Shown one piece after another: positions 12,434 through 26,017 of a stretch of DNA of 64,000 nucleotides. The stretch is taken from assembly GCA_030704615.1 (NCBI GenBank), contig CM060731.1, positions 58,466,001 to 58,530,000 of the forward strand, in the 5' to 3' direction. The first letter of the stretch is position 1. Each line of letters opens with the position of its first letter. The notes under the pieces were generated by a model, which was given only the letters and a program-made list of their open reading frames with translations, had not been told where the DNA came from and made no database searches. Both the position numbers and the translations under genes were made by a program. Origin of the DNA: Takakia lepidozioides. Its lineage: Eukaryota > Plantae > Bryophyta.

Positions 12434-15400
12434 CTAATAATGTAGGAGAGAATATTTCACACGGAGTGAGATTTTCCCACCCTCCACATCCAGCTTAGCT
12501 CCACTGACCAACCAATGTCCTGGCATATCTTGGGCTCCCTTTGTCATCTCTGTCATGTCCACATACTTCAACAGCTTTGGAATTGGGGCCGGCGCTTTCG
12601 GTCTCCCTTGGAAGACAGCTGAGTTGGGGTTGAATGGTTGCTGCCCACATATCAACAGATTCCATCATTTCATTTGAGCGAAGCACAAGACATAAAGTTC
12701 TTCAAGCGTAGACCCAAGGCACAGACATGGAGCTATTCAGTTCACAGAATTTCACTTTGTAAGAGTAAAATGTATCCATATCGGTCTAGATATATCCCTG
12801 CATATCATGCTACCAATGTAGCCAGCACAAAATATCTGCAGAAAATACATCTAGGTTTTGCGATGGTTACAAGGTATAGTTCTTCGATCAATTTCTGCTT
12901 TACGTCTCAGTAGCAAAGTCCTTGGAGGGGCATCATCAAATGTGAAGCCCCAAAGAATCTGGGAAACCCACATCAGGAATCCCATGGGCGCTGTCAAAAA
13001 GGAAGCCACAGCAAACACTGGACAAACCATCGTTGTTTAGGTGCTGTGAAAAAAAAGCAAGGGTATCAAAGAAATCAGGGAAGTTGGTGCTGTGAAAAAA
13101 AAGCAAGGGTATCAAAGAAATCAGGGAAGTTGAGGGTTCAACCGTACCGGCTTTGCCTGGTGGTTCTGGGATCCTGAGAAGTTGCTGCTGATTCCAAGCT
13201 GTGAGAATAAGCCTGACTTTTGTGAGGTGGCAGGTGCATGGTCCCACACAGAACGTCGAATGGAGCAGCCAGGAACCCTCGAGTACAAGAGCCTCATATA
13301 CAAGACATTCTTCATCCCAAAATCCCACACCTGGTAGCCATTCTTGAACACAATGAGTATACTTGCAAGAAAGGACGACTAAAATCACCTTCATGCACTA
13401 AGCGAGGACGTGATTTCTTATGGCATATTACGCACGCTTCACAAAATTTTTACCCACCCTTAAGGACCATAACACCAAAATCTGAGCAAAGTGATGCGAA
13501 AGTTGAAACTATGGAAAAACAAGAGAGACTTTCACAGCACAACAATACAACAGTCCATGACGACATTGTTCGATTAGGTCTTACAAAAACAGATGTGGTC
13601 GTGAGTGCCATTCAGCTAAAGTTGGACCCCTAGATTTGTGTCACACAACATACAAGGTGGTGGGGCGTGTTCGGCATGTAATATAGTTCTACTGCAACTT
13701 TTACCTGTAACTGTGCGCCTGTAACAATGAAGGCGTCATTTGAATCCCCCACCCATGATTCATACTCAATAGCGGCTGTGCTAACATGGCTGAACCCCTT
13801 CCACTGGACTGGTTCAAACCACCGAGGGTCTTGCTCCTGGGGTTCTTTCCATATGGGTGCCCCAATGGAGACATGTGAGTCCCAGTAAGGTTGAAGAATG
13901 CGGGGCAGTGTTGAAAGGTGCTGCAGGTGGATAGCCAGTCTATTGCACTTCTTCCCTTCGAGGAACAGGCGAAGGCCCGTCACCGGTCTTCTGCCAACTG
14001 ACACCTGCCAAATAGCTTACCCTCAGCTAAATATAATGGAGACGCTGGAATCCCCTTTACAGATTCCACAATTTTATCTGTTGTACTATCATGCAAAAAC
14101 CACACAATAGAACCATTATGAGTGGCTGGCCTCAAATTCATGTTCATAAGCCACCACTCATCGTGATGCGGACAAGAAACGTTCGCATCTGCAAGTATTC
14201 ACATGGTTACAACAACATGGGGTAGGGAGATATCCTCACGTACCTGACTAATACTGACATAAAGCTTAGGGCCCATCAAACTGAATTGCAATGCAGGACA
14301 AGCAGGCTCCTTCCTTGGAGGTCCAAGAGCCAGCTCAAACACCGGAGGTGACCACTGTGTCGGAATTTGGAACTCCAGAAAGTTTTGCAACTCCTCAATA
14401 GGAGGTTTAACTGCATAAATTTCAAAGTGTATAAGCCAATCATGGAAGTCATAACATGGACTGGGTGTGACACAAACATATTCACTTTAAATGGCGCACA
14501 ATTTAAACAACAATTGTCGCCAAGGACATACCGAGAACCAATAACCAGGGTCAATTAAACAGTGTATGAAGTTAAAACAACATATTTTGGACACTTAACC
14601 ATCACGAAGAAGTATGGCCCTCTCTCGCATGTAAGGATTCAGCTTGTCAGACATGCACAGGAGAGAAATGCTTGTTTCAGGCAACCACTGTAGAGTTTTT
14701 AAGTTTATCTCATCTTGAAGACTGCAGGGATAAATATTCACCAAATCAATCTGTCCCTATTGAACTTAACACATGCAGGATGAGTTTGTTCCTCCTCAGT
14801 CACTTTGTGGTAGCAAGAGAGATCCCCGTTTCCAATGATAAGAAGAAAAGGAATGGTAGAGAGCACATACATCGCAGATACAAATTGACTGCATGACTTA
14901 GAAATCCATTGCCAGCTATCCCACTCAGAAGGGAAGTAATGGGAAGGAATGTCATTGCTATGACATCAGGGGCTGCAGGCACAGTGTTCAGCCATTCTTG
15001 GTGACTATCTACCATGTCATCTCCCCCTCTGCGCCTGCATATCATCTCAACCTCCTGCACACACACACAGCCCTCAGTATCTGATACATTCCTTCAAACT
15101 ATCATAAGCCGCTTCCTCGAAACACTAAATACACTTCTGAGCCTGCCATTTCTTAGAGAAAGTAGAAACTTATAGCACACTTTCTGGTAATCCACTCGAG
15201 AAAAAAAGAGCTGATGTACCGGGCTGTCTTTCTTTCTTTGCAGAGAGGGAGAAGATGCAGTAATGGGGACCAAAGGATGTGCAAGAAGCTTTTCCTACTG
15301 GTGTACTCATGACCTTTAAAAACAGAAATCAACCAACATGAAGGTCTCCTCCTCCATTGACTGGATGATTGTTGGTTAATTACAATCATTTCCCATTGAA

Positions 15401-15822
15401 GAATATACTTCAGTTATGAATAAGGCATAGAGATTGGAGAGCCAGTTTCTTCTCTGATAATCGTGCTCCAATGTTAAATGGTGAGCTGTTCTAATACATA
15501 TATGGAAGAATTACAGCAGGTTCCATATAGACTAGAAAGAATCGATCCTTGTATTTTGAAACCTTCATACTTGGTAAGCAAGACTAAATGTCAGTCAAAC
15601 CAATTCCGGTGCGACACAGCTAGAAATTCTGTCGTGAAGATCTTGCCAGAGCAAGAGACACCCCTAGCAGAAAATGATGACCAAAGTACAGGGTGAAAAA
15701 CTCACTTGTTGAATAACAGATGCAGGTACATGGGCCAGGTTCAAACGAGCTGCTGTAGTGGCTGTTGCATATGAATCTGAAACCTGTACGAAAGTAAACA
15801 CTCAGCTCAAAAAGTACCCATG

Positions 15823-15858
<36 letters not shown>

Positions 15859-18800
15859 AACGACAGAGGAGAGGGAGGAAGTGATCTTAAGTGGCAGTAG
15901 GTAAAAGTTCATAACTAATTCCGAACTACACTTACCTGGGCGTTGAGTTCTCCTCCAATTGTAATTGGGATGCACATATCCGGAAAGTTGTTCAAACTGG
16001 CAAGGGCAAAGCTCTGGGGCTCACTAAATTTTTCCACTGCAGAGGGGTCACCTCTGAGGTTAAGAAAACCATGCTTTGTCGCGTTATTAGACCTGCCTTG
16101 GAGTACGGATCTGCTATATGGGTTGATAACTCCAACCAGGCTAAGTCTCTAGAATCCATTCAAGTGGGGGTGCTTAAGGAGTGTATGTCAGCATGCTCCA
16201 AAACAGCCAATGTGGCTGTTCGGGGTGAGTTTGGCATTCTGTCCTTAAGCTCCCGACGAGATGAATTCAAGGTCAGATGGTGGGGTCAGCTGCAACATAT
16301 GCCCAACACCAGATATCCTAAGTTAATCGACTCTATATCTTGGAAACAGGACCGCCCAGTCAAACAGGCTAAGTCCTGGCAGAAGAGAGTAGAAGAGATC
16401 CTCAAGGACCTGGACCTGGATCCGCAAGTCTTGACCCTGCTGGATAAATCTGACTTAGAGGCTGTAGTGTCCTCAGCCATGTCTGTTGCCATGAGATTGT
16501 CTGATGAAAATGAAGTTAGGCAGAAAACTTCCCTGAACTTGTTTCCAGTCTGTGACATGGGGGAGGACATCTTGGATGACCTCAAGGGTCTACCCTAGAC
16601 TGAAATTTAAACTCAGGGCAGGAAGCCTACCTTTCAACAGCAAACAGAAGCAGAGAGGAAAGGGAGAGTGCAATTGCCCGTTGTGTGGGCAATCTTAAGA
16701 CAGTATTCATTTTCTGATACACTGTCCGGGGTTCTCTCACCAAAGAGACGCTCTCTTCAAATCTATTAAGGGAATTGTGCCTGTACCCCTGTTTACCAAC
16801 TTTGAAAGTCTCGAGGCTGGCCAACGTCAGCCCCTGACAGAGGTAGGTTCTGTCCCTTTTGTTCCCGCTCAAACTGGGCGCGGGGTCAATGGCCACAAGG
16901 CTACGGCAAACAACGTCTTATGAGTACAATCTCTCTTTCGAGAGGTTATCTGGAAAACCCGGATCAGTTGGTTATTCCAAGGTAAGTCTTACTACCGGCG
17001 TCAGCCCCTGACAAAGGTAGGTTCTGTCCCTTTGTGTTCCGCTCAAACTGGGCGCGGGGTCAATGGCCACAAGGGCTACACCAAACAACGTCTTATGAGG
17101 TCATTCTCTCTCTCTCCATGGGCTAACCGGGCCTACTGTGAAAGTAATAAACTCCTACTCCCACATCCCAGAACAAATACTCTCTGTAACACATCCAAAG
17201 CCAGTGTGTGGTTTACAGCCATATAGCAGTGGCCAGCAAAACCTAATGAGGAATCTCTGTGGACATTATAAACTTTCTTTCTTTCTCTCCCTCTCCTGTA
17301 GACATCATACATGTTGTTGTTCTTTTCTTTCTACTGCACCTCTTTTTGCTCAGTTTGAGAAGCTCAAGACAATCAGACTATTCTTGGATCTGGATTTTGG
17401 GGTGGGTACTCACGTCAAATCAATTCCATAATAAGAGCTTTCTAGAACAAACATACAAACACATATTCAGGTGGATCAACACTCAAGGTCCTTCTGCAAC
17501 TTAGCAGCCCCCATTCTGCTCTCCCACATCCTTTCATCGGCGCTACAAGGCATAAATCTAACCGTAACGAATTCATTGTTTGCAAAGCAACCAGGGGTCT
17601 CACAAGTGCATAAATCACACTCCCTTTTCTTGCACTTAAATGCTCAGTTGCACTGTCAACCAGCTTCTTCGAGTGGAATCCCTATGGTAGCAACTAACTT
17701 AATACATAAGGGCCTCACCTTCTCTTTGCCATGCCTCTCCTTATGATTCTTGAAACTGGTCTGACCATTTGCTTCACCCAAAAACCTTTGGTCTGCCATT
17801 TTTTGCATGAGTTTCTGGACCTCAGTGACTGATGAGGGCGATGATTGATGCTGCCGTACATAGACTACATCCTTCCCCCCAATCTTCACACTAGCAATGA
17901 TGTGGGTCCCATATTTCTCAATAAAGCTGGCAAGACGAACCACATCTCAGTTACCAACCTTTGACTCGCATAGACAGTAGGACCACCTCCTCAGTATGCC
18001 ATTACCAATCCACTTCTACAGGTTACGTCCTTGACTACATTGACCAATACACAATGTAGCTTTAGCTGACAGTGAGAGTGAAAAAAGTCTGACAACAAAC
18101 CCCTAATGCCCTGTCTCAGTGCAAAAAAGAGTGCTCAGCAACAATTTATTCACTCAAAGAGGCTGTTATGTGAGCAGGTACAGGCAGTTTCTAGGAGAAG
18201 TCACAGAAGCTCACATGACAGGAATTGGAGCTAACCTGGCTAAAGCTTTTGGCTCCCATGAAGATGGGACTGCTCGTTTGATTTCATCCCGCAAGACCAA
18301 CGGAGACCGAGTAAGCTGCAACGTATAGAGTGTGATAAACCACCCATCCAATGCCAGACTCTTGGTCGAGGTTTGGTCTGCTTGCCATGGCCCATTAAAA
18401 CTGTACATGGAATTGAACAGACCTAGTGGCATCTTCCCTTGAATGGTTGCTCCTTGGTTGAACCGCTCTGACATCTGTACAGTGGCACACCAAACATCAG
18501 TCTCAGGTCACCGCTCTCCCTCTCCATTGCACGATGGTTCCTGTGATACAATCTACACACAAGCCACATTAGATGACAGGTGAAACAACCAAAACTTCTA
18601 GAGGTTTCCCTGCCCATTAAGACTACCGCCTCCAGTTAGAAGATGAAGCATTTTCAAAAATTGATCAGGATCGCATGGGCTCCCAAGGTCCTCTCTTTCA
18701 TTAGCTGACCCTGCTGATAAAACCAGAGTACATACCTTGTACCCAACTAGCCTCACCAGAGGGCTACCTGCCACAGCTCTAGGCTGAGCAGAGGAGAAGC

Positions 18801-19914
18801 ACACAGAAAGAACTACGAGCGTGAAAGCGTGAGTCATTTGGTGGAACAACCAAACCAAGTAAAAGTGCTGAAGAATTAAAGTTCGCTCATGCTTTAGAGC
18901 CCATCTGTCGCAGCATACACATATACAAACCGAATGCCAGTCTATTGCAGTAACAGAGTAGCTTAATTGCCCCGTCACTATTTGACTGACTCATAAAGCA
19001 GTTTTGAACTGGTTAAAACTGGTTTGCCATGGTCAACAATACAATATTGTAGTAATTGGGCCCAACTAATATCAAGGCCAGTGCAATGTAACATCTCAGG
19101 CACCACCCCATATGTACAAACTAAATCCTTCCAGACCACAAGGAATATAGTGACAAGCCAACAACCCTTGTGCAATAGATAGGGCAAGTTCTGCTTGTCA
19201 AATACTCAGCTTCAATAAGAAAACCTTGATCCAATGGACACTTGCTATAAAAATGGCTGAAAACTACAAGAAATTTAGGTTTTCTCATGTTTCACAACCC
19301 TTCTGTAGCAGTGTTTTGATGCGAGCCTATTTGCAGTGGTGGAGCAGCTTGCTTGTCCCATTACTACGGAAAGGGCTAAACAGGGCTAGTCAAAACGACC
19401 CTATTTCAGAAAAGAATTGTGCTTCAAGGACATCTGCAGGCACACAACATAAAGGACTCCGAGTACATGACAATTCAAAATATAGCAACCAAATACTCTT
19501 AAGTGATGAACAGATTTTGCTACTCTCCAGGGTGCTCCCAACTATCACCCAAGAACTCTGGCGATCTACTGATAGGAGACAAGGGAAGGACATAATAAGC
19601 AAAACACAGAGGTAAATTACCTGGATGAATGACAAGACCTCTGACTTGTAGTGTGCGCGTTCACCTTTATCACACTTGATATCCTTCGAAACATTTGGTA
19701 TGATGATTTCTCCAGGGGTGACAATATCGTGTGTCCGGTCTTCATCAATTTCAACTAAGCGTGAGCCAGCCGGGCCCTTAGAATACGACAGCCGAAAATC
19801 TGAAGTCACATCGAACCCTCGACCTAGTGCTCTGGCAGCATCCAGCGCTATATTTTGAGCGGCACTAGTTGCCGGATATGGTACCGAAAATTTCCAATAC
19901 TCCTTTTCCGCCAT
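12434..19914 (-). CDS. CAD1: MACPF (membrane attack complex/perforin) domain protein, CAD1/NSL1 family, ~619 aa, 9 exons
   Basis: Phase-consistent GT-AG exons: 19914-19621, 18474-18236, 17926-17719, 15783-15706, 15054-14871, 14410-14244, 14004-13705, 13330-13148, 12640-12434 (1860 nt). Motifs LGRGFDVTSDFRL, FIEKYGTHII..GG, KPPIEEL..FLEFQ, and a C-terminus HWLVSGAKL..KISLRVKYSLLHY* that ends like CAD1. Confidence 0.92.
13041..13132 (+). repeat. Perfect 46-bp tandem duplication in MACPF intron 8
   Basis: GTGCTGTGAAAAAAAAGCAAGGGTATCAAAGAAATCAGGGAAGTTG x2. Confidence 0.9.
15856..17116 (+). mobile_element. 5'-truncated LINE (RTE-X/I-like ORF2 C-terminus) in MACPF intron 3, antisense to the gene
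   Basis: YTYLGVEF..W..HI (RT end), RPALEYGSAIW...LESIQ...AVRGEFG and Zn knuckle CPLCGQS*DSIHFLIHCP. The ~100-bp 3' end is duplicated. Flanked by (CT)16 at 15824-15855 and (CT)6 at 17105-17116. Confidence 0.85.
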
Positions 19915-21830
19915 AGCCAGCCAACCATCACCGTTGTATCCCTCTGCCAACCTGGTCTGCCGTTCTCTTGAGACCTTCTAGATCCATGGAACTCTTTCTG
20001 AGCTGCCGGATGCTGCCAGCATCCAATCTATAGGAATTAGTCCGTGCTTCTCATGTGATAGCGCGCGTATTCGGAACCTTCCTATGGACAGCAGCAGTAT
20101 CTCTTTCTAGACTATTCCAACGCCAGTGTCCACTGCCAGCTCAATATACCCCGACCCTTGCGAAATGCGGTCTTCCAAACGTCGCCTTGCTTGTACTCCA
20201 ATCTCTACAGCTTTGATGCCCGTCGAATTATATTTCCACTCAACCCTAAGGGTCTTCCTGTTTCATTCCGGCATCTTCCTCCTGGAAACAGTCCGCTGCC
20301 TCTGCTACCTCTCAGGCCTGCATTTTCCTACATATTACTCAGGATAGTGAGAACGAGAAAAGCTTAGGTTGTCAACGAGCTCATAATCAAGTGTTGAGTA
20401 GCTTGATCCTCCGTAGTATTGAAAAATTCCCGCACTACATAGTCTGATATGCGGCAAAGGAACTGCAATAAGAGGACGCTCCAAGCGACCTTGAATGATG
20501 TCCGTCAACTGACAGCTGACATCCCCGCCCGAACAAGAAGCACATCATGTGCACAACTCCCGCGTTGCTCTTACACAACCTACTACTCTCTGTACGGTCA
20601 CAACATCCATGCTCAGCAACTCACGAGCAACGTCCAACCCGAAGACAGCTCCTTTGCCCTCTACTCGGACCTGATTAAGCGGATATCCACTCCCTTCCAG
20701 CAGCTGTGGATTCCAACGGAGCATACCAAGAGCAAACACCAGCCTAATTCCGAATCTCCTGTTGGCCGGGTAGCCTACATGACCAGGTGCAGCAGAAACC
20801 AACGCAGTCGGGAGATTGAGAGAGGACTAAGTCTCTCGCAGACGCGAGTGTCAGAGAGACAGGCAGAACAGAGAGAAAGAAAATGAAAGAAAGAGTCGGA
20901 GCCGCACGGCGCTGCCGCCACGTCACGTCGATACCAACTCTCCTCTTCACTAATCTCCAAATCCGCTTCGCCCAAAATAGAACCAAACCAGCGAGCGTAA
21001 CTTACTACTCGTACTCACACTCCGGTCACCGTGCTGGCGACAAACTTACTAGTGTCTCACTAGTATCTTACCAGTGTGGTCAACAGGATCCAGCGACCGC
21101 GTTGCATTGAAGCGCGTCATTTATCTTTCGCTTCCTTCTAACCGTCAGATCATAATAGTCTCACGGTAGTTTACACTAAAGTAGACCGTTCGATTTGGAA
21201 GGTCGTAAGGCCACGATTGGATAAGATGGTCTTTCATGGTGACGTTGGGTGACTAGTCAGCATTTTCCTGGTTTTGGATTACCTAGTCAAATTGTGATGT
21301 GGGGTCAATAGTCAGGAAGTCTGTAACCGGAGTGCCTAGTCAGCACCGGCGTTGTATCTTTGCACGCTCATATTCCTGGTTTTGGATTGGACTCATCAAA
21401 TTGTGATGGGTCGTTAATGGTCATCCAACCAAAATCATGAGAGCATTGGGTTGGAGCAGCGATTGTATCACCTTTTAAATTGTCTTCCCTTCAAAATATC
21501 TCTCCATGGACTCTATGGAGATTTTTCCTTTGCCCTAGTAAAAAGATTTCCAATCTTGTAGAGGGGGAGCTCAAGATTCATCTCTCCAAGAGGCTGTAGA
21601 GGAGAAATTGTAAAACGCCCGGTTTCTGCCAAGCCTGATAGAAGAACTTCCAGATTTTTAGGGTGGACCAATGGTTTCCTGTCAGGTTCATGAAGGTGGA
21701 AAGATAAACCAGAGAGAGCGAGGGAAAAGTGATCTAGCAACGAGAAAGGGCCTGTGCAGTCACTCACCTACATGTTTTGAGGCTAAATTTTTGGGGGCAC
21801 TGCTTCACGTTTGAGATTTTAGATATGTCC

Positions 21831-21937
21831 ATGTATGGCTTTGAAGCACTGAGTTATAGCGGTTACTTGGAGGCCATAGTGCGTGGCTACAGATCGGGTC
21901 TGCTTCCTGCTGTGGACTACAACAATGTGGCAGTGTG
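21831..21937 (+). pseudogene. Isolated fragment of V-type ATPase subunit d (VHA-d) N-terminus
   Basis: MYGFEALSYSGYLEAIVRGYRSGLLPAVDYNN matches the recalled plant VHA-d start MYGFEALTFNIHGGYLEAIVRG.R.GLL..ADYNNLCQC with a deletion. No further exons seen. Confidence 0.8.
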
Positions 21938-22968
21938 CCTTAGTTGTAAGTTAGGCACACACACATATACAAACCTGGACGTCTTCCTCTCTCCTCCTTG
22001 CAATCCTGGTTCTGTTTATCTCATAAGTATCACTTGAAGCGCTACTGTCCCCACATGTCATGTGCGCTTTGTGCAGTCTCCGTGGTTGCTGGTCATTGAC
22101 TGTTTGTTGAATTCTTTGCTTTCACTTCCCACTGGAAGCCCGCAAAAGCTAAATCCGGAGCCCCCGCTTCCTATTTTTTTGATGTCGGTCTCCATACTTC
22201 AATGGTGTTATTTTAGAAGCAGCTAAGCGAATTCCCACTTTACAACCCCAAATTCACTCAATTCTGGAGCTGTGAATGTCGGATCATCCAGACTCGTCGA
22301 ACTTCCAGAGTCGTCAAGCCCATGTTAAAATTCGCTCGGCAGCTTCAGCAGAAGACTAAATGGAACAGGAGTGAAATGGGTAGATACTAGATACGGACGT
22401 GATTACGAAACTTGGGGAAAAAGCAAGCTCCAACGAAGAAACTTCTCCAGTAAGTCAAAAGTTTGACCTTTCACAATGTGACTGGTACCGAGGAGGGAGG
22501 ACGTTGGGTTTTTGTCCAGGAGAAAGCACTGCCTTTAAAAATTCCTTCACAATGGACTAGAGTGTTGACAAGGTGAGCTCTCCTCGCGTAAGGTTCGAAC
22601 ATGGAGGGACACTCGTATGATAAAGTTTTGTGGACCAAACCGTTCCTGTAGATGTTCAGTGAAGTTAAAATCTCGATACGTTCTTAAATGCTGCTCGCAA
22701 GAGATATGAAGTTTTGAGGGTTGTCCTTGGGTGAAAGTATAGCACGAGGCAAGAACACTCTAGAAATGTGCAGGGAGAAATCAAAGTGTGGTTCTGATTC
22801 TGGTGTGGATGATGGAGCTCCCCGAAACTTGAAGACGAAAGTGAGCATGGTTAGATGGGCAGCCTTGTCATGCACAAGCTTGTCCAGCACCTGTAAGTTT
22901 GGACATGTGTGTATGTTCCTCATTGTGTTACATAAGCACATTTTCTTTCATACATGTGGCTTGTTTCA

Positions 22969-24817
22969 TCAGAGATCCCCACAAAAATGAATCACGTCTT
23001 GGCAGTGGTAAAAAGGGTTCCCATCCCTCAACAGCTGAGCGTCCAGCAATTTTTGATGAGCCCAAAGCAATGGCCTGCCTCTCTCACTGATCCTTCATAT
23101 CATGCAATAGAAAGTGCATGTCAGGAATGTGCCTGGCCTCCTTCATCTGCCAACAAAATCTCTCCAGCTTAGCATGGATTTCCCTTAAAGTTTGATGCAA
23201 ACCATCTTCTATAATGAACCCTCTGCCCACCTCTCCTTGATCGTCCCATCTGCCTGCTGCAGCATAAATGGTGGATAGAAGTACATGTGTTCCAATGTCC
23301 TCTGGATCCAACTTGAGAAGACAATTTGCTGCACGTTCTGCTAGCTCCACATTGTCATGAAATCTGAAGGCACCAAGCAAGGCCGCCCTCCCACACCTCC
23401 TCACCTGACTGCGCTGGCATTTTGTTGATGAAGTCCTCTGCCTCATGGAATTGAAGTAGCAATGGCCTTCATCCACTAGCTTGGCATGAGTGCATGCCAA
23501 GAGAAGACAGATCAATGTGATAATGTCCGGCTTCAAGCCTTGCTATTGCATTAGCTCAAATAGTTCAACAGCCTCAATACCAAACCCATGTCGAGCATAA
23601 CCTGCAATCATTGCGTTCCATGAGACCACACTTCGTTGAGGCATGCTGTTAAATACTTGACGTGCATCTTTTACACGCCCACATTTGGCATACATGCTAG
23701 TAATGAATGATATCTGGTCTGACCATTTGCTTCACTAGTCTCAAGAATGATATCTGGCGCAATTCCAGCCTTGGTTATGTCAGCATGAACCTTTGCCCTT
23801 TTCCAGGGCTGGCACATGCATTGAGAACAGAAATGAATTGTGATCCTATCAGGCGTCACCTCTTCCCTTTGCATTTGCTCATACACCTCCAAAGCCTCCC
23901 ACCACGCTGAGCATATCCAGCTATCATTGCACTCCATGAGAGCACATCTTGTCAAGTCATCTTATCAAACACTTGATTTGCATCCTTCATACTTCCGCAT
24001 TCGGCCTACATTTCAATGAGTGCAGTCTCCAGGATGATATCTGGTTCAATCCTAGATTTGATGACATCAGCATGAACCTCTTTGGCCTTTCCAGGGCTGA
24101 TAGGGTGGAACACGCATTGAGGATGCAAATGAATTTCACATTGTTGGGAGTCACCCTTTCCACTATTATTTGCTCATAGATCTCAAGAGCCTATCTTCCA
24201 CTTCCATTCTGAGCATATCCTGCAATCATGGCATTCCAGGAGACCAAATCGCATCTAGCCTTTTGTTGAACACCTGGCATGCATCCTTTATGCTCCCACT
24301 GGCATACATGTCACCAAGGGCAGTTGCTACAATTATATCTAGTGCAATTCCAGCTTTAATAATGTTAGCATGGACCTCTTTGCCTTCTTCCAGGGCTCCT
24401 AGGCTTGCCCATGTTGAGAACTCTCTTGAACGTAACCCTGTTCAGCATCTGCCCTTCATGTATCATTTGCAAAGAGATCTCTAAAGCCTCCCTACCACAC
24501 CCATGCTTGGCATATGCTGCTAACATTATATTCCATGTAAGCAAATCTCGTTCAGGCATTTTGTCAAACACTTCGCGGGTCTCCACCACCCTCCCGCCCT
24601 TTGGTATACATACTTCGAAGGATACTGAATAAAAAGATATTTGGCTTGAATCTACTTTGAATAATGTGGGCATGCACCTGCTTTCCCATTTCCAAGAGGA
24701 AGACGAGAGTACTGGAGTCCACTGGAACGCCTCATTGGTCCAAAATGTGTGCAGTGCCTCTTTCAGTTGTTGTCCTTGCTTACATAGTGTCCTCACATTG
24801 CCGAAAGTGCCAAGCAA
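22969..24817 (-). pseudogene. PLS-E-DYW PPR pseudogene
   Basis: QQLKEALH N-terminus, broken PLS repeats, E domain (ALLGAFRFHDNVELAERAA, HVLLSTIYAAAGRW), EARHIPDMHFLLHD, and a DYW remnant SER..IA.GLI/KI...RDGNPFYHCQDVIHFCGDL* lacking the CxxC segment. Confidence 0.9.
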
Positions 24818-26017
24818 TCCTTAGTTGATCTTCTTGCCTGAGTCTAAAAAGAGGGAGTTGTTGTGAGCTGCAGTCTTCGTCTACATCTCGTCTGAAGGTA
24901 TAGTCCCGATCTGTTTTTGTACATCAAGTTCTTTTCTGTATCCTAGGTGGTGTTCTAAACCACAGCCACCTGTATATTCAAAGACTTAATGTTCACAAAG
25001 CTTGTCGCTATTGGGTTTGGTGATGGAGCCTTTTTCAAGGCTGATGATGTCTTTTATTGAAAGAAGCGATCTGACTTAGACCTCTTTTCTAGTCTTGAAT
25101 GACTTGCCCTATCTGACTCACTTAAGGATTCCTATCCCTCTCTCACTTATAGATTGTGGCTCTGTACTGCTCCAGAGATACCACAGCAATCTGTGTCACA
25201 TATGATGGAACTAGAGGGTTAATATTACCACTGAGTTGAGAATGTTCGCACAACACCTGCAGCTGGATTTCCGGAGGCAGAGTGTAATTCCTCACCCTGA
25301 GAGAAGACTGAAGGATCTCTCCAAACAAACAAAAAGGATATCCGACAAAAAGCCATGGCCACAGCTAGCCATGGAAACAAGCAACTTCCCTCTGGACCTC
25401 TCTCTGGAATAGAAATAAACAGGCCAGAAGCTTCAGATAAACTAGGAGATAGAGAACAAGGGTGTCGATTACACTTACGGTCCTCTACAGCCCTCGCTAC
25501 AAATTACGCATGGGTTTATTTTTTTGCTGATACAGGCAAAGGACAATTTGGGGCCTGGATCGATCCAACGTACAAAACTGACAGACTCACAAAAATTACA
25601 CAAAGACTTTCGTGTCTATACCTGTCTTCGCGTTCCTGGAGCCTTTCGAGGCGACAAACGCACCACCTGCAAGGATGTAGAGCCAGGCATTGCCAAGGTC
25701 AGCACCCATTTCAGCTCCAAAGCCTGGCTATTCAATCTGCTGTATGACATGAGGCCTCTCGCCAGCTGACCGCAAGTCAGGGCCTTGGCCATGCATATGC
25801 TTATGCGCTCATGAGAGCATTGCAGCACGCTGCCATACCCGAAGTCATCCACGGCGTGCATTGTACAAGGCTATTTCAAGTAGCAAACTTGTCAGCTTTT
25901 CTCCCCGACAAGATTGCACTAGGCTGATAGAGAGAAGCCCAGCTCCCAGCAGGCCTCTCAAATGAGCACTAGTTAAGAGAATGTGATACGCTCTTCACGC
26001 TGTGACAATTCCCTTTC

